Part shown: positions 9,118-19,043 of the stretch, one piece after another | Numbering within the stretch: position 1 is the stretch's first letter | How the letters are laid out: every line of letters begins with the position of its first letter | Assembly (NCBI GenBank): GCA_041082235.1 | Contig: JBDOIG010000059.1 | Span: forward strand, 3,234-67,233 | Direction: 5' to 3' | DNA: 64,000 nucleotides | From: Thermodesulfovibrionales bacterium | GTDB taxonomy: Bacteria > Nitrospirota > Thermodesulfovibrionia > Thermodesulfovibrionales > CALJEL01 | Program-made: the position numbers and the translations under genes | Notes under the pieces: model-generated | What the model was told of the DNA's origin: nothing | The model's database searches: none | What the model saw: only the letters and a program-made list of their open reading frames with translations

Positions 9118-11475
9118 ATGGATAAAGCAGGTATTATAAAGGAGGCCCAGAAGTATCTTGCCAAAGGGCAGATAGATAAGGCCATCTCTGAATTTGAAAA
9201 GCTCCTTGATTCAGGGGATGGCAATATTTATAATACCCTCGGAGATCTCTATCTTAAAAAGGGAGACACAAAAAAGGCAATTGAGATATATCATCGTGGT
9301 GCAGGTATATTCAAAGATCAGGGCTTTTATGATAAGGCAAAGGCACTTTATAAAAAATTACTCAATCTTAATCCTGCTGATTACAGGGCAACCCTTGCTT
9401 TAGGTGAGCTCTGCGAGGAAAAGGGTTTAGCAACAGAGGCAATCAAGTATTATCTTAGTGTTGCTGATCTCCTTACAAAGGAAAAAAGGAAAAATGAGCT
9501 CGTTGATATATATCAACGGGTTCTGAACCTCTCTCCTTCCAATCTTCAGATGAGGGTAAGGGTAGCAGATATCTTTTATAAAGAGGGTCTTACAGGAGAG
9601 GCTGCAAAACAGTATAGTGTAATTGGAAGACTCTATCATGACTCAGGAGACCTTAATAAGGCAAAGGATTATTATGAGAGGGCACTATCAATTAATCCAT
9701 CAGACAGGGGTGCTAATCTTGGCCTCTCCGAGATTTACCAGAAACAGGGTGATTATAAAGGTGCCCTTGAGACCCTGAGGAGGTTGCTTGAGACCTCACC
9801 TGATGATGTGAACCTACTTTCTCAGTATGTGAATGCCCTTGTAGAATCAGGTGATATTTCTACTGCTGAGAATGAACTCAGGAAACTCGTAGAACTTGAT
9901 CCTTCCAATGTTATGGCAAAAAAGTATCTTGCAAACATATATCTCAAACAGGAGCGTAAAGAGGAGGCCTGGAATCTTATATCACCATCACTTGACCAGA
10001 TAATATCCTTTGACAGAAACGGCATTATCTCTATACTTGAAGAATTAAAAGATGTTGAGCCAGCGGAGTGTACAAGAAAACTGATTGTGATTTATAAAGA
10101 TACAGGAGATACTGATAGGGCCTTTCAAGAACTTGTCAATCTCGGAGATTATTACCTCAGTTCCGGTATGACTGAGGAGGCAAAGAACTGCTACAAAGAA
10201 GCTCAGGTTATAAGACCTGATGATCAATATGTGAAAACAAAACTCTTTGAGATAGAGACTCCCTCAGAGGAGGGCGAGGTTATAAAACTTAAGACAGAGG
10301 AAAAAGGGCTTGAGGAGATACTTCAAGAGGCTGATATATATCTGAAGTTCGGGGTATATGAAGAGGCAAGAAAGAGGCTTGAGCCTTTAAAGGTTCAATA
10401 TCCTGAAGAACCGGAAATTCATTTTAAACTGAAGCAGCTATATATAGAGACAGGTGATAAAGAGATGGCTGTGACAGAATGTCTTGCACTTAGAGAGATA
10501 TACAGAAGGCGCGGGATGATGGAAGAGGCAGAGGAATGCATGAAAGAGGCCATATCTATAAACCCTGATGACCCACGATTACAGGTCATGCCTGAGGTTT
10601 CCGGTGCTGAGGAAAGCATTTCTGAAGAGAGGATATCTGAGGAGGTTTTAGGACGAACAGTAGAAAGGCCTTCCAGAGATGAATACTTAGAGGCCTTTAC
10701 AGAAGCTGAGTTTTATGAAAAACAGGGTCTTATAGAAGAAGCACTCAAGCTATACAGGAATCTCCATTCCATATTTCCAGAAGATGAAGAGATAACTCAC
10801 AAGATTGAAAACCTTTCCAGGATGCAGAAACCTTCTGAAGAGAGGTTTGCTGAAGAGGTAAAAGAAGAAAAAATCCCGCTTGCTGAAGAACTTGAGACAG
10901 AACTTGTAAATTTAACAGAGACATTATTAACAGAAGAAGAGACAATTGAGGACAAGGAGCCTGAGTTAACAGATGCAGTTATGGATATATTTGAGGAGTT
11001 TAAAAAAGGGCTTGAAACTCAGGTAAAAGAAGAGGATTCAGAGACACATTACAATCTGGGCATTGCCTATAAGGAGATGGGTCTTATAGATGATGCGATA
11101 AAGGAATTCCAGCTTTCAAGAAAAGACCCTTCCAGGTATATACCCTCCATGAGCATGCTTGCCATCTGTTATAAGGAAAAAGGTTTTAATAAACTTGCAA
11201 TAGATACCCTTGAGGAGGCCCTGAAGGGTCTTGATAGGAAGGCAGAGGAGTATCTTGCCATGAAGTATGAGCTTGCTGATGCCTGTGAAAGGGACGGCGA
11301 TACAGGAAGGGCACTGGAATTGTTCATGGAAGTTTATGGCATAGATTCTTCGTTCAGGGACATACAGAAGAGGATAGAGACTTTGAAGAGGTCTCCTAAA
11401 AAACATATTGCTCCAGAAAAATCATCTTCCTCCGAGACTGAAAAAAAGAAAAAGGACAGGATATCTTATATCTGA
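9118..11475 (+). CDS. large tetratricopeptide-repeat (TPR) protein with acidic central region
   Basis: 785 aa. It has many 34-aa TPR-like units (..A...Y..AL..NP....A...LG..Y...G.) and an E-rich linker, ending in a lysine-rich tail. Confidence 0.8.
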   Translation: MDKAGIIKEAQKYLAKGQIDKAISEFEKLLDSGDGNIYNTLGDLYLKKGDTKKAIEIYHRGAGIFKDQGFYDKAKALYKKLLNLNPADYRATLALGELCEEKGLATEAIKYYLSVADLLTKEKRKNELVDIYQRVLNLSPSNLQMRVRVADIFYKEGLTGEAAKQYSVIGRLYHDSGDLNKAKDYYERALSINPSDRGANLGLSEIYQKQGDYKGALETLRRLLETSPDDVNLLSQYVNALVESGDISTAENELRKLVELDPSNVMAKKYLANIYLKQERKEEAWNLISPSLDQIISFDRNGIISILEELKDVEPAECTRKLIVIYKDTGDTDRAFQELVNLGDYYLSSGMTEEAKNCYKEAQVIRPDDQYVKTKLFEIETPSEEGEVIKLKTEEKGLEEILQEADIYLKFGVYEEARKRLEPLKVQYPEEPEIHFKLKQLYIETGDKEMAVTECLALREIYRRRGMMEEAEECMKEAISINPDDPRLQVMPEVSGAEESISEERISEEVLGRTVERPSRDEYLEAFTEAEFYEKQGLIEEALKLYRNLHSIFPEDEEITHKIENLSRMQKPSEERFAEEVKEEKIPLAEELETELVNLTETLLTEEETIEDKEPELTDAVMDIFEEFKKGLETQVKEEDSETHYNLGIAYKEMGLIDDAIKEFQLSRKDPSRYIPSMSMLAICYKEKGFNKLAIDTLEEALKGLDRKAEEYLAMKYELADACERDGDTGRALELFMEVYGIDSSFRDIQKRIETLKRSPKKHIAPEKSSSSETEKKKKDRISYI

Positions 11476-11559
11476 TTTTATATTTTGCAGTTTACAATGG
11501 TGGGTTTGTCTTAAAGAGCAAAGTGGTTGAAGTTGTATAGCTGTATTGGCAACATCTGC

Positions 11560-11670
11560 AAGTTGCTGTTAGAAAGGAGGGGCAGTCTGCCTCAAGGTCG
11601 TTATAAAGCGACGATTTTTATTTATCCTGTAACAAGAAGTTTTTCACCAAAAAGGTGAACTACTGGAATT
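11560..11670 (+). repeat. Partial intergenic repeat (left arm plus core hairpin)
   Basis: GGCAGTCTGCCTCAAGGTCGTTATAAAGCGACGAT (11581-11615) followed by the hairpin TTCACCAAAAAGGTGAA (11643-11659). Confidence 0.75.
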
Positions 11671-11877
11671 TGCCGATAGAAAATAGGCAGTCTGCCTTAA
11701 AGCCTTTACAAAGCGACGATTTTTATTTATTATGTATCAAAAGGCCTTTCACCAGATGGTGAAGTTAGATATGTATAACAAGCTTATTAATAAACTTACA
11801 TTAAGGTGTCGCAGGTAAAGTCTTTTCGGCAGCCTGCCCATTTTGTTTTAGGCCTGTAATAAATTTCTATCGACAGT
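11671..11877 (+). repeat. Full-length nested-palindromic intergenic repeat (REPIN/MITE-like)
   Basis: The left arm is TGCCGATAGAAAATAGGCAGTCTGCCTTAAAGCCTTTACAAAGCGACGAT. The core hairpin is TTCACCAGATGGTGAAG. The right arm is GGTGTCGCAGGTAAAGTCTTTTCGGCAGCCTGCCCATTTT...TTCTATCGACAG, which is the reverse complement of the left arm with an insertion. The element aligns over about 210 nt to 58222..58440 (-). Confidence 0.8.
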
Positions 11878-11938
11878 TACGGTGAACTCAGATATCCTTG
11901 ACATAAAGGTAGGTGAATAGGTTAATTTATATAACTTC

Positions 11939-12013
11939 AGGCGCGTAGCTCAGTGGGAGAGCGCTTCCTTGACGCGGAAGAGGCCAAGGGTTCGATCCCC
12001 TTCGCGCCTACCA
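11939..12013 (+). tRNA. tRNA-Val (anticodon GAC), CCA encoded
   Basis: Hand-folded cloverleaf. The acceptor stem is AGGCGCG/CGCGCCT, the D arm GCTC-AGTGGGA-GAGC, the anticodon arm CTTCC-TTGACGC-GGAAG and the T arm AAGGG-TTCGATC-CCCTT. The discriminator is A, followed by CCA. Confidence 0.93.
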
Positions 12014-12059
12014 TGAAAGTCATGGTCTAATATTACCGGATTTACTTGATTGTCTCGCA

Positions 12060-14258
12060 TTATGAATTCCCCTGCGGTTTAAATACCAATGCAGCCAGTG
12101 GTGGAAGGGTAAGATTTAGAGAATAAGGTCTTCCATGTGCTGACAGGGGTTCTGCATAAACCCCGCCTTTATTTCCTATATTACTTCCCCAGTATATGGA
12201 TGAATCACTATTAAGCACTTCTTTATAAAAACCAGGGAGGGGTACACCTATCCTGTAGTTAAATCTTATCACCGGGGTGAAATTATAAACAAAGATGAGA
12301 AAGTCTTCAGGATTCTTTGCCTTTCTCATAAAGGCTATGATGCTGTTTTCTGAATCATGAAAGTCAATCCACTCAAAGCCAGTCCACTGAAAATCCTGTT
12401 CATAGAGTGCAGGCTCTTTTTTAAGGAGCGAATTCAGGTCTTTTACCCATAACTGCACCCCTCTGTGGGACTCGTATTGCAGGAGATGCCAGTCTATACT
12501 TGAATTGTGGTCCCATTCCCTCCACTGACCGAACTCATCTCCCATGAAGAGGAGTTTTTTCCCTGGATGACCAAACATATATCCATAAAGAAGCCTTAGA
12601 TTTGCGAATCTCTGCCAGTTATCTCCTGGCATCTTCCCAAAAAGTGAGCCCTTGCCGTGCACAACCTCATCATGGCTTAAGGGTAGTATAAAATTTTCAC
12701 TGAAGGCATAAAGCATACTGAATGTGAGATTACCCTGATGATATTTCCTGAAAATCGGGTTTCTTGAGAAATACTCAAGAGTATCATGCATCCATCCCAT
12801 ATTCCACTTCATGCTGAATCCAAGACCGCCAAGATATGTGGGTCTTGAGACCATGGGCCAGGCAGTGGATTCCTCTGCAATGGTCAATATGCCCGGGAAA
12901 TAATGATGGACAGTCTCATTAAGATACTTAAGAAATGCTATTGCTTCAAGATTCTCCCTCCCGCCATAGATATTAGGAACCCATTCTCCTTCCTTTCTTG
13001 AGTAATCCAGATAGAGCATGGATGCCACCGCATCAATCCTCAGGCCATCAGCATGGTATTTATCAAGCCAGAAGAGGGCACTGCCTACAAGAAAATTTCT
13101 GACCTCATTTCTTCCATAATTAAATACAAGACTCGACCAGTCAGGATGATAACCCTTTCTTGGATCCTCATGTTCATAGAGGCATGTGCCATCAAAAAAC
13201 CTCAGACCATGATCATCAGAGGCAAAATGAGATGGAACCCAGTCAAGTATTACACCTATACCATTTTGATGGCACCGGTCTATGAAATACATGAGGTCTT
13301 CAGGTCTTCCATATCTGCTTGTTGCTGAATAATACCCTGTGGTCTGATAACCCCATGAGCCATCAAAGGGATGTTCTGTAACGGGCATGAGCTCAATATG
13401 GGTAAATCCCAACTCCTTTACATAAGGGATAAGATGATATGCAAGCTCTCTGTAATTGAGAAATCTATTTTCTTCCTCAGGAACTCTCATCCAGGAGCCA
13501 GGATGGACTTCATAGATTGATATAGGTGATTCATAGGGATTTGAATTTTTTCTTCTCTCTATCCATTCTGAATCATTCCATTTATACAAATCGATATCCA
13601 CCACTATTGAGGCAGTTTTTGGCCTTATTTCAGAATAAAAGGCAAAGGGATCTGATTTTATCCTTATGATATTACCTTGATACTTTGACCTTATCTCATA
13701 TTTATATAATGCATCATCTAATACACCCGGTATAAATATCTCCCATATGCCTGAGTCCTTAAGCGGCCTCATCATATGCCTTCTTGAGTCCCATCTATTA
13801 AAATCACCAATCACACTTACCCTTTCAGCATTGGGTGCCCATACAGCAAAGTGAGTTCCTTTGATCCCGTCAACCTCCATTACATGGGCACCGAGTTTAT
13901 CATAAATCCTGTGATGAGTTCCCTCATTTATAAGATGGAGGTCAAGGTCACCAAGAACAGGTTTTTTAAATGAATAGGGATCTATAAATTCCTCTCCAAG
14001 GCCGTTATAATCTGTGGTCTTCAGCTTATAATGCTTTTCATCAAGGCTCTCAAGCTTAATCTGGAATAAGCCCCTTTCTATCTCACTGAATATATATTCT
14101 TTTCCATCAGTGACCAGCCATACCTTTTTTGCATGGGGAAGATAGACCCTTATAATAAGGCCATCTGCTCTTTTGTGAGGACCGAGGAGTTCAAACGGGT
14201 CTGATAACCTTCCCTCAATAAGTGCCTTTATTTTTTTCTGCATGGATAATTTTAACAT
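12060..14258 (-). CDS. glgB: 1,4-alpha-glucan branching enzyme
   Basis: 732 aa with GH13 catalytic regions ([32 protein letters not shown]) and the N-terminal CBM48 region typical of GlgB. Confidence 0.95.
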   Translation of the reverse strand: MLKLSMQKKIKALIEGRLSDPFELLGPHKRADGLIIRVYLPHAKKVWLVTDGKEYIFSEIERGLFQIKLESLDEKHYKLKTTDYNGLGEEFIDPYSFKKPVLGDLDLHLINEGTHHRIYDKLGAHVMEVDGIKGTHFAVWAPNAERVSVIGDFNRWDSRRHMMRPLKDSGIWEIFIPGVLDDALYKYEIRSKYQGNIIRIKSDPFAFYSEIRPKTASIVVDIDLYKWNDSEWIERRKNSNPYESPISIYEVHPGSWMRVPEEENRFLNYRELAYHLIPYVKELGFTHIELMPVTEHPFDGSWGYQTTGYYSATSRYGRPEDLMYFIDRCHQNGIGVILDWVPSHFASDDHGLRFFDGTCLYEHEDPRKGYHPDWSSLVFNYGRNEVRNFLVGSALFWLDKYHADGLRIDAVASMLYLDYSRKEGEWVPNIYGGRENLEAIAFLKYLNETVHHYFPGILTIAEESTAWPMVSRPTYLGGLGFSMKWNMGWMHDTLEYFSRNPIFRKYHQGNLTFSMLYAFSENFILPLSHDEVVHGKGSLFGKMPGDNWQRFANLRLLYGYMFGHPGKKLLFMGDEFGQWREWDHNSSIDWHLLQYESHRGVQLWVKDLNSLLKKEPALYEQDFQWTGFEWIDFHDSENSIIAFMRKAKNPEDFLIFVYNFTPVIRFNYRIGVPLPGFYKEVLNSDSSIYWGSNIGNKGGVYAEPLSAHGRPYSLNLTLPPLAALVFKPQGNS

Positions 14259-14349
14259 TTTGACCCTTGCAGCAGAAATGGAAGCCGGCGACGGATAGCC
14301 CTTGCTTCTTGACAGATATTTTTAGCTCTGTTATAAATAAATAAAAACT

Positions 14350-14452
14350 TAAAGGAGCTTCGCTCCTTTAAAAATTTGAATAAAATTTTTGTTCCATTGA
14401 GCTTTGAGGGGCAAAGCCCCTTTGAGTTTTGAAGGGCAAAGCCCTTCAAAGG
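14350..14452 (+). repeat. Three tandem GC-clamped mini-hairpins of the TTTGAGGGGC-NNN-GCCCCTCAAAGG family
   Basis: The three hairpins are AAAGGAGCTTCGCTCCTTT (14350-14370), TTTGAGGGGCAAAGCCCCTTTGA (14403-14425) and TTTTGAAGGGCAAAGCCCTTCAAAGG (14427-14452). The last runs into the glgC SD GGAGG. Confidence 0.75.
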
Positions 14453-14459
14453 AGGCCAG

Positions 14460-15686
14460 ATGCCACATCCAAAGGTCCTTGCCTTTGTGCTTGCTGGTGG
14501 TAAGGGTGAGAGACTCTTTCCATTAACAGCCTTTCGTTCAAAGCCATCCGTTCCATTTGGTGGTCGTTACAGGATAGTGGATTTCGTCCTGAGCAATTTC
14601 ATTAACTCCCATATATACTCAATCTATCTGCTTGTTCAGTATAAATCGCAATCACTGATTGAACATATCAGGAGAAACTGGGTTATATCTCCTCTTATCA
14701 AAGAACATTTTATAACAGTGGTGCCACCTCAGATGCGGATGGGGCCTGAATGGTTTCAAGGAACTGCTGATGCTGTATTTCAGAACCTCAATTTAATACA
14801 GCAGCTTGCTCCAGAACTTGTCATAGTCTTTGGAGCTGACCATATATACAGGATGGACATAAGGCAGATGATAGACTTTCACCTTGAAAAAGATGCACTT
14901 GTAACAGTTGCGGCAAGGCCTGTTCCTGTTGAGACCGCCTCCCAGTTTGGAGTGATAGTTTCTGATGAAGATAAAAGGATAACAGGTTTTCAGGAAAAGC
15001 CAAAGAAACCTGCACCCATGCCAGAGAATCCAGAGATGGCCTATGTCTCCATGGGAAATTATATATTTAACAAGGATATGCTTATTGAGTCCCTCATCAG
15101 GGCTCAGAAGAAAAAACAGCATGACTTTGGTGCGCATATCATTCCAGAGCTTGTAGAGACAGAAAGGGTATTCGCCTATGATTTTGGAACAAATATAATC
15201 CCTGGCACAAGGGATTATGAGGAAAAAGGTTACTGGAGGGATGTGGGAACAATAGAGGCATATTTTAATGCCCATATGGATATGCTTGGAGAAGGGCCAT
15301 TATTTGAATTGAACAACAGGCTCTGGCCCATTCATCCTTCAAGTTCTGAATTCCCACCCGCAAAGATATTGCGTGGGGATATAAGAAACAGCATTATTTC
15401 AGAAGGCACCGTGATCGGAAAGGCAAAGATAATAAACTCTGTTATCAGGAGCGGTGTGACAGTAGAGGATGGGGTGAGCATTGAGGAATGCATAATAATG
15501 GATGATGTGGTAATCAAAAAGGGGGCATTTCTTAAGCGTGTGATAGTGGATAAGCTTAATACAATAGGAGAAGGTGAGAAGATAGGCCTTGATCCTGGAA
15601 AAGATAGATTCAGATGCCATATAGACCGTTCTGGAATAGCTGTTATTCCCAGGGGTGGAAGGCTTGTGAAGCCCTCAAAGGAATGA
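14460..15686 (+). CDS. glgC: glucose-1-phosphate adenylyltransferase
   Basis: 408 aa with the N-terminal LAGGKGERLFPLT nucleotidyl-transferase loop and a C-terminal left-handed beta-helix region. Confidence 0.95.
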   Translation: MPHPKVLAFVLAGGKGERLFPLTAFRSKPSVPFGGRYRIVDFVLSNFINSHIYSIYLLVQYKSQSLIEHIRRNWVISPLIKEHFITVVPPQMRMGPEWFQGTADAVFQNLNLIQQLAPELVIVFGADHIYRMDIRQMIDFHLEKDALVTVAARPVPVETASQFGVIVSDEDKRITGFQEKPKKPAPMPENPEMAYVSMGNYIFNKDMLIESLIRAQKKKQHDFGAHIIPELVETERVFAYDFGTNIIPGTRDYEEKGYWRDVGTIEAYFNAHMDMLGEGPLFELNNRLWPIHPSSSEFPPAKILRGDIRNSIISEGTVIGKAKIINSVIRSGVTVEDGVSIEECIIMDDVVIKKGAFLKRVIVDKLNTIGEGEKIGLDPGKDRFRCHIDRSGIAVIPRGGRLVKPSKE

Positions 15687-15690
15687 TAAC

Positions 15691-16218
15691 TTGACAGAAG
15701 ACTATGAAGATAATAGGTGGAAATCTGTATCAACTATATGTCTCTGGTCAGGGCTTATTGCTGCATCCTTATTTATCATCCATGCAATTATAGATGAAGA
15801 TGGCTTCCTTTTGTTTGATTATGTGAATCTTCCATTTCATGAATTCGGCCATCTCTTTTTTGGCATAATGGGTGAAACAATTGGCTTATGGGGTGGCACA
15901 CTTATGCAGCTTTTTATACCCTCACTTATTCTTATTAACTTCTGGATTAAGGGGGATATTCCAGGCACTGCCTTTGGCGCTTTCTGGCTCGGTGAGAACC
16001 TTCTCAACATCTCTGTCTATATTGCTGATGCAAGGAGTATGTCATTACCGCTTGTTGGTGGTGGATTGCATGACTGGAATATGATCCTTTCAGACATGGG
16101 CATGCTTCAGCATGATAAATTTATCGCAGTAGTGGTAAGAGCAACAGGCTGGCTCATTATAGGCCTGTCAATAATATGGTTTTTGATAAAGGGAATAAAA
16201 ATAAGGTGTAAAAATTAG
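15691..16218 (+). CDS. small polytopic membrane protein with HEFGH (HExxH) motif, putative intramembrane zinc metallopeptidase
   Basis: 175 aa with 4-5 predicted TM helices and HEFGH at the edge of a hydrophobic segment. It starts 4 nt after the glgC stop. Confidence 0.55.
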   Translation: MTEDYEDNRWKSVSTICLWSGLIAASLFIIHAIIDEDGFLLFDYVNLPFHEFGHLFFGIMGETIGLWGGTLMQLFIPSLILINFWIKGDIPGTAFGAFWLGENLLNISVYIADARSMSLPLVGGGLHDWNMILSDMGMLQHDKFIAVVVRATGWLIIGLSIIWFLIKGIKIRCKN

Positions 16219-16372
16219 ATTATAGTTTATGCAATAAAAGGCTCTTATAAAAAGAATGATTGATTCTCTACATTGCATGAGAAAAAGACTGAGAGCATCC
16301 TGCACATTGAAATTTTATCCCATTTGAATTTTCTGCCCTCTGCCTATGGAAGATTTAAAAAACTTAAATAAA

Positions 16373-16560
16373 ATTGCCGGGATGCCGAAAGGGCAATACC
16401 CTTCCCAAAAAATCTAAAAGATTTTTTAGGACCCGGCCTGCGATACCTTAAATCCATGATACAAGATACACGTTTTTTTAAATCTCAAATCCTGAATCTT
16501 GTATCTTGAATCCTGTATCCTGATTATCGTCGCTTTATAAAGACCTTGAGGCAGACAGCA
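16373..16560 (-). repeat. Variant copy of the intergenic repeat with a heptad-periodic 33-nt core
   Basis: The reverse complement reads GCTGTCTGCCTCAAGGTCTTTATAAAGCGACGATAAT, then CAGGATACAGGATTCAAGATACAAGATTCAGGA, then ...GGATTTAAGGTATCGCAGG...TTTCGGCATCCCGGCA. Confidence 0.75.
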
Positions 16561-16635
16561 ACTTCCCCGGCGATTTTGGGAGTTATTTCCGAATCACTTG
16601 CCCATTAAGTTAATAATCTGCTATATTCAATAACA

Positions 16636-18045
16636 ATGAGTTCAAAGGTTAGAGTAAGATTTGCTCCAAGTCCCACAGGTCATCTTCATATTGGTGGTGC
16701 AAGGACAGCACTCTTTAACTGGCTTTTTGCCAGACACAATAAGGGTGTTTTTATCTTGAGGATTGAGGATACAGACAGAAGCCGCTCAACAGAGGAATAT
16801 ATTGAGGCTATTATAGAGGGGATGAAGTGGCTCGGGCTTGACTGGGATGAGGGACCTTACAGGCAGACAGACAGGCTTGAGATTTATAAAAGTTATGTTA
16901 ATAAACTTTTAAAGGAGGACAATGCCTATTATTGCTATTGTTCACCTGAAGAGCTTGAGGAGAGAAGGCGACTCGCCCTTGCACAGGGAAAGCCGCCAAA
17001 GTATGATGGCCGCTGCAGAGGACTTAAAGAACCGGTGCCGGGGAGGATTCCTGCTGTCAGGTTCAAGATGCCACAGGTCGGTATTACAGTGGTTGATGAC
17101 CTTATAAGGGGAAAGGTTAGCTTTGATAATGAGCAGCTTGATGACTTTATAATAATGCGTTCCGATGGCACGCCCACATATAATTTCTGCGTGGTGGTGG
17201 ATGATGTTGATATGCGGATAACCCATGTAATAAGAGGCGATGACCATCTTAATAACACACCAAAGCAGATACAGATATACAGGGCCTTGAATTATGAGAT
17301 ACCGAAGTTTGCTCATCTACCCATGATACTTGGATCAGATAAAACAAGGCTCAGTAAGCGTCACGGTGCAACCTCTGTGATGGCCTATAAGGAAATGGGT
17401 TATCTTCCCGAGGCACTCCTGAACTATCTGGTGAGGCTTGGCTGGTCCTATAAGGATCAGGAGATATTTTCAAAGGAAGAATTAATTGAGAAGTTTAACA
17501 TTGAAAATATCGGTAAGTCTGCTGCTGTCTTTAATCCCGAAAAACTCCTCTGGCTTAACAGCCACTATATAAATGCCTCTACACCGGAAAGACTCTATGA
17601 GCTTGTGAGGCCCTTTCTTATAAAGGAAGGTATTATAAAAGAAGATACACAGATAGATATCCAGTGGGTCTCAAAGGCAATTGCAACACTCAAGGAGAGG
17701 TCAAGGACACTTGTAGAGCTTGCAAATTCCCTCAGATATTATATCCTTGAGGATATAGAAATTGAGCAGGAGGCAAGGCAGAAGTTTATAAATGAAAAGA
17801 CCATTGGTTATCTAAGGAGGGTGAGGGAGCTCCTGTCAAGCATGGATGGCTTTGAAAGTAAGGCTCTTGAAGAGGCGTTCAAAAAACTTATCAGTGAGCT
17901 TGGAGTAAAGCTTTCAGAGGTTGCACAGCCATTGAGGGTAGCAATAACAGGTAAGACAGTAAGCCCTCCAATATTTGATGTGCTTTCAGTACTCGGTAAG
18001 GAAAGGACACTCAGGCGTCTTGACAGGGTAATAAAGACCTCATAG
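16636..18045 (+). CDS. gltX: glutamate--tRNA ligase
   Basis: 469 aa with HIGH region [14 protein letters not shown] and KMSKS-type RLSKRHG. Confidence 0.95.
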   Translation: MSSKVRVRFAPSPTGHLHIGGARTALFNWLFARHNKGVFILRIEDTDRSRSTEEYIEAIIEGMKWLGLDWDEGPYRQTDRLEIYKSYVNKLLKEDNAYYCYCSPEELEERRRLALAQGKPPKYDGRCRGLKEPVPGRIPAVRFKMPQVGITVVDDLIRGKVSFDNEQLDDFIIMRSDGTPTYNFCVVVDDVDMRITHVIRGDDHLNNTPKQIQIYRALNYEIPKFAHLPMILGSDKTRLSKRHGATSVMAYKEMGYLPEALLNYLVRLGWSYKDQEIFSKEELIEKFNIENIGKSAAVFNPEKLLWLNSHYINASTPERLYELVRPFLIKEGIIKEDTQIDIQWVSKAIATLKERSRTLVELANSLRYYILEDIEIEQEARQKFINEKTIGYLRRVRELLSSMDGFESKALEEAFKKLISELGVKLSEVAQPLRVAITGKTVSPPIFDVLSVLGKERTLRRLDRVIKTS

Positions 18046-18047
18046 CC

Positions 18048-19043
18048 ATGGGTTATATATCTGTAATAGGTGCTGGTAACTGGGGTACTACCATAGCCTG
18101 CCACATCGCGAAAAAAGACTATGATATCTGTCTCTGGGTCTATGAGTCCGAGCTTGCAGAGATTATAAAAAATATAAGAAGGAATCAATGGTATCTGCCT
18201 GATGTCCCCATACCAGAACATGTGAGGATTACCACAGACCTTCAGGATGCAGTTTATAAAGCAAGGTTTATCATAAATGCTGTTCCAACCCAGTTTATAA
18301 GAAATGTCTTTTCAAGGCCTCTTAAATTTGGTCCTGATGCAGTGATAATTAATCTCTCCAAGGGTATAGAAAGGGAAACCCTTCTAACACCTTCTGAGAT
18401 ATTAAAGGAGCTCACAGGTCTTGAGGTCGTTGTGCTTTCGGGACCGAGTTTCGCAAAGGAGGTCTCAAAGGGGCTACCAACTGCTATAACACTTGCCACA
18501 AAGGACAGGCACCAGGGTCTTCTAATTCAGGATATACTGAGCTCAGATAGATTCAGGGTATATCTTCATGATGACCTGACAGGTGTGGAGATAGGAGGTG
18601 CACTTAAAAATGTCATTGCCATTGCCTCTGGAATATCTGATGGGCTTGGTCTTGGAGCTAATGCAAGGGCATCCTTAATAACAAGGGGGCTTGCTGAGAT
18701 GACAAGACTTGGAGTTGCTATGGGCGCAAATCCAAGGACATTTTCAGGTTTAAGTGGCGTGGGAGATCTGATCCTTACATGCACGAGCAATCTTTCAAGG
18801 AATTATACCCTTGGATACAGGATCGGCAAGGGTGAAAAGCTGAGAGATATACTTAGTGGAATGCGTGAGATTGCAGAAGGAGTTCCAACAGCTGAGTCTG
18901 CCTATAAACTTGCTGAGAGATATTCTGTGGAGATGCCAATAACTGAAAAGGTTTATGAGATCCTCTATAAAGATAAATCTCCTCATAGTGCTTTGAAGGA
19001 GCTCATGACAAGACCACTCCGAGAGGAATTTCCTGAGGCATGA
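18048..19043 (+). CDS. gpsA: NAD(P)H-dependent glycerol-3-phosphate dehydrogenase
   Basis: 331 aa with the GAGNWGTT dinucleotide fold and GALKNVIAIA/GLGANA motifs. Confidence 0.93.
   Translation: MGYISVIGAGNWGTTIACHIAKKDYDICLWVYESELAEIIKNIRRNQWYLPDVPIPEHVRITTDLQDAVYKARFIINAVPTQFIRNVFSRPLKFGPDAVIINLSKGIERETLLTPSEILKELTGLEVVVLSGPSFAKEVSKGLPTAITLATKDRHQGLLIQDILSSDRFRVYLHDDLTGVEIGGALKNVIAIASGISDGLGLGANARASLITRGLAEMTRLGVAMGANPRTFSGLSGVGDLILTCTSNLSRNYTLGYRIGKGEKLRDILSGMREIAEGVPTAESAYKLAERYSVEMPITEKVYEILYKDKSPHSALKELMTRPLREEFPEA

Noticed and set aside
14252-14449. 65-aa minus-strand ORF in the glgB-glgC intergenic region
   Set aside because: It is built from the tandem mini-hairpin repeats and AT-rich spacer. 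It has no RBS and overlaps the glgB start.
16490-16522. Short-period tandem repeat considered as a CRISPR or iteron array
   Set aside because: It has only five 7-nt units with no spacers and no cas genes. It is embedded in the dispersed repeat element, so it is reported as a repeat core instead.
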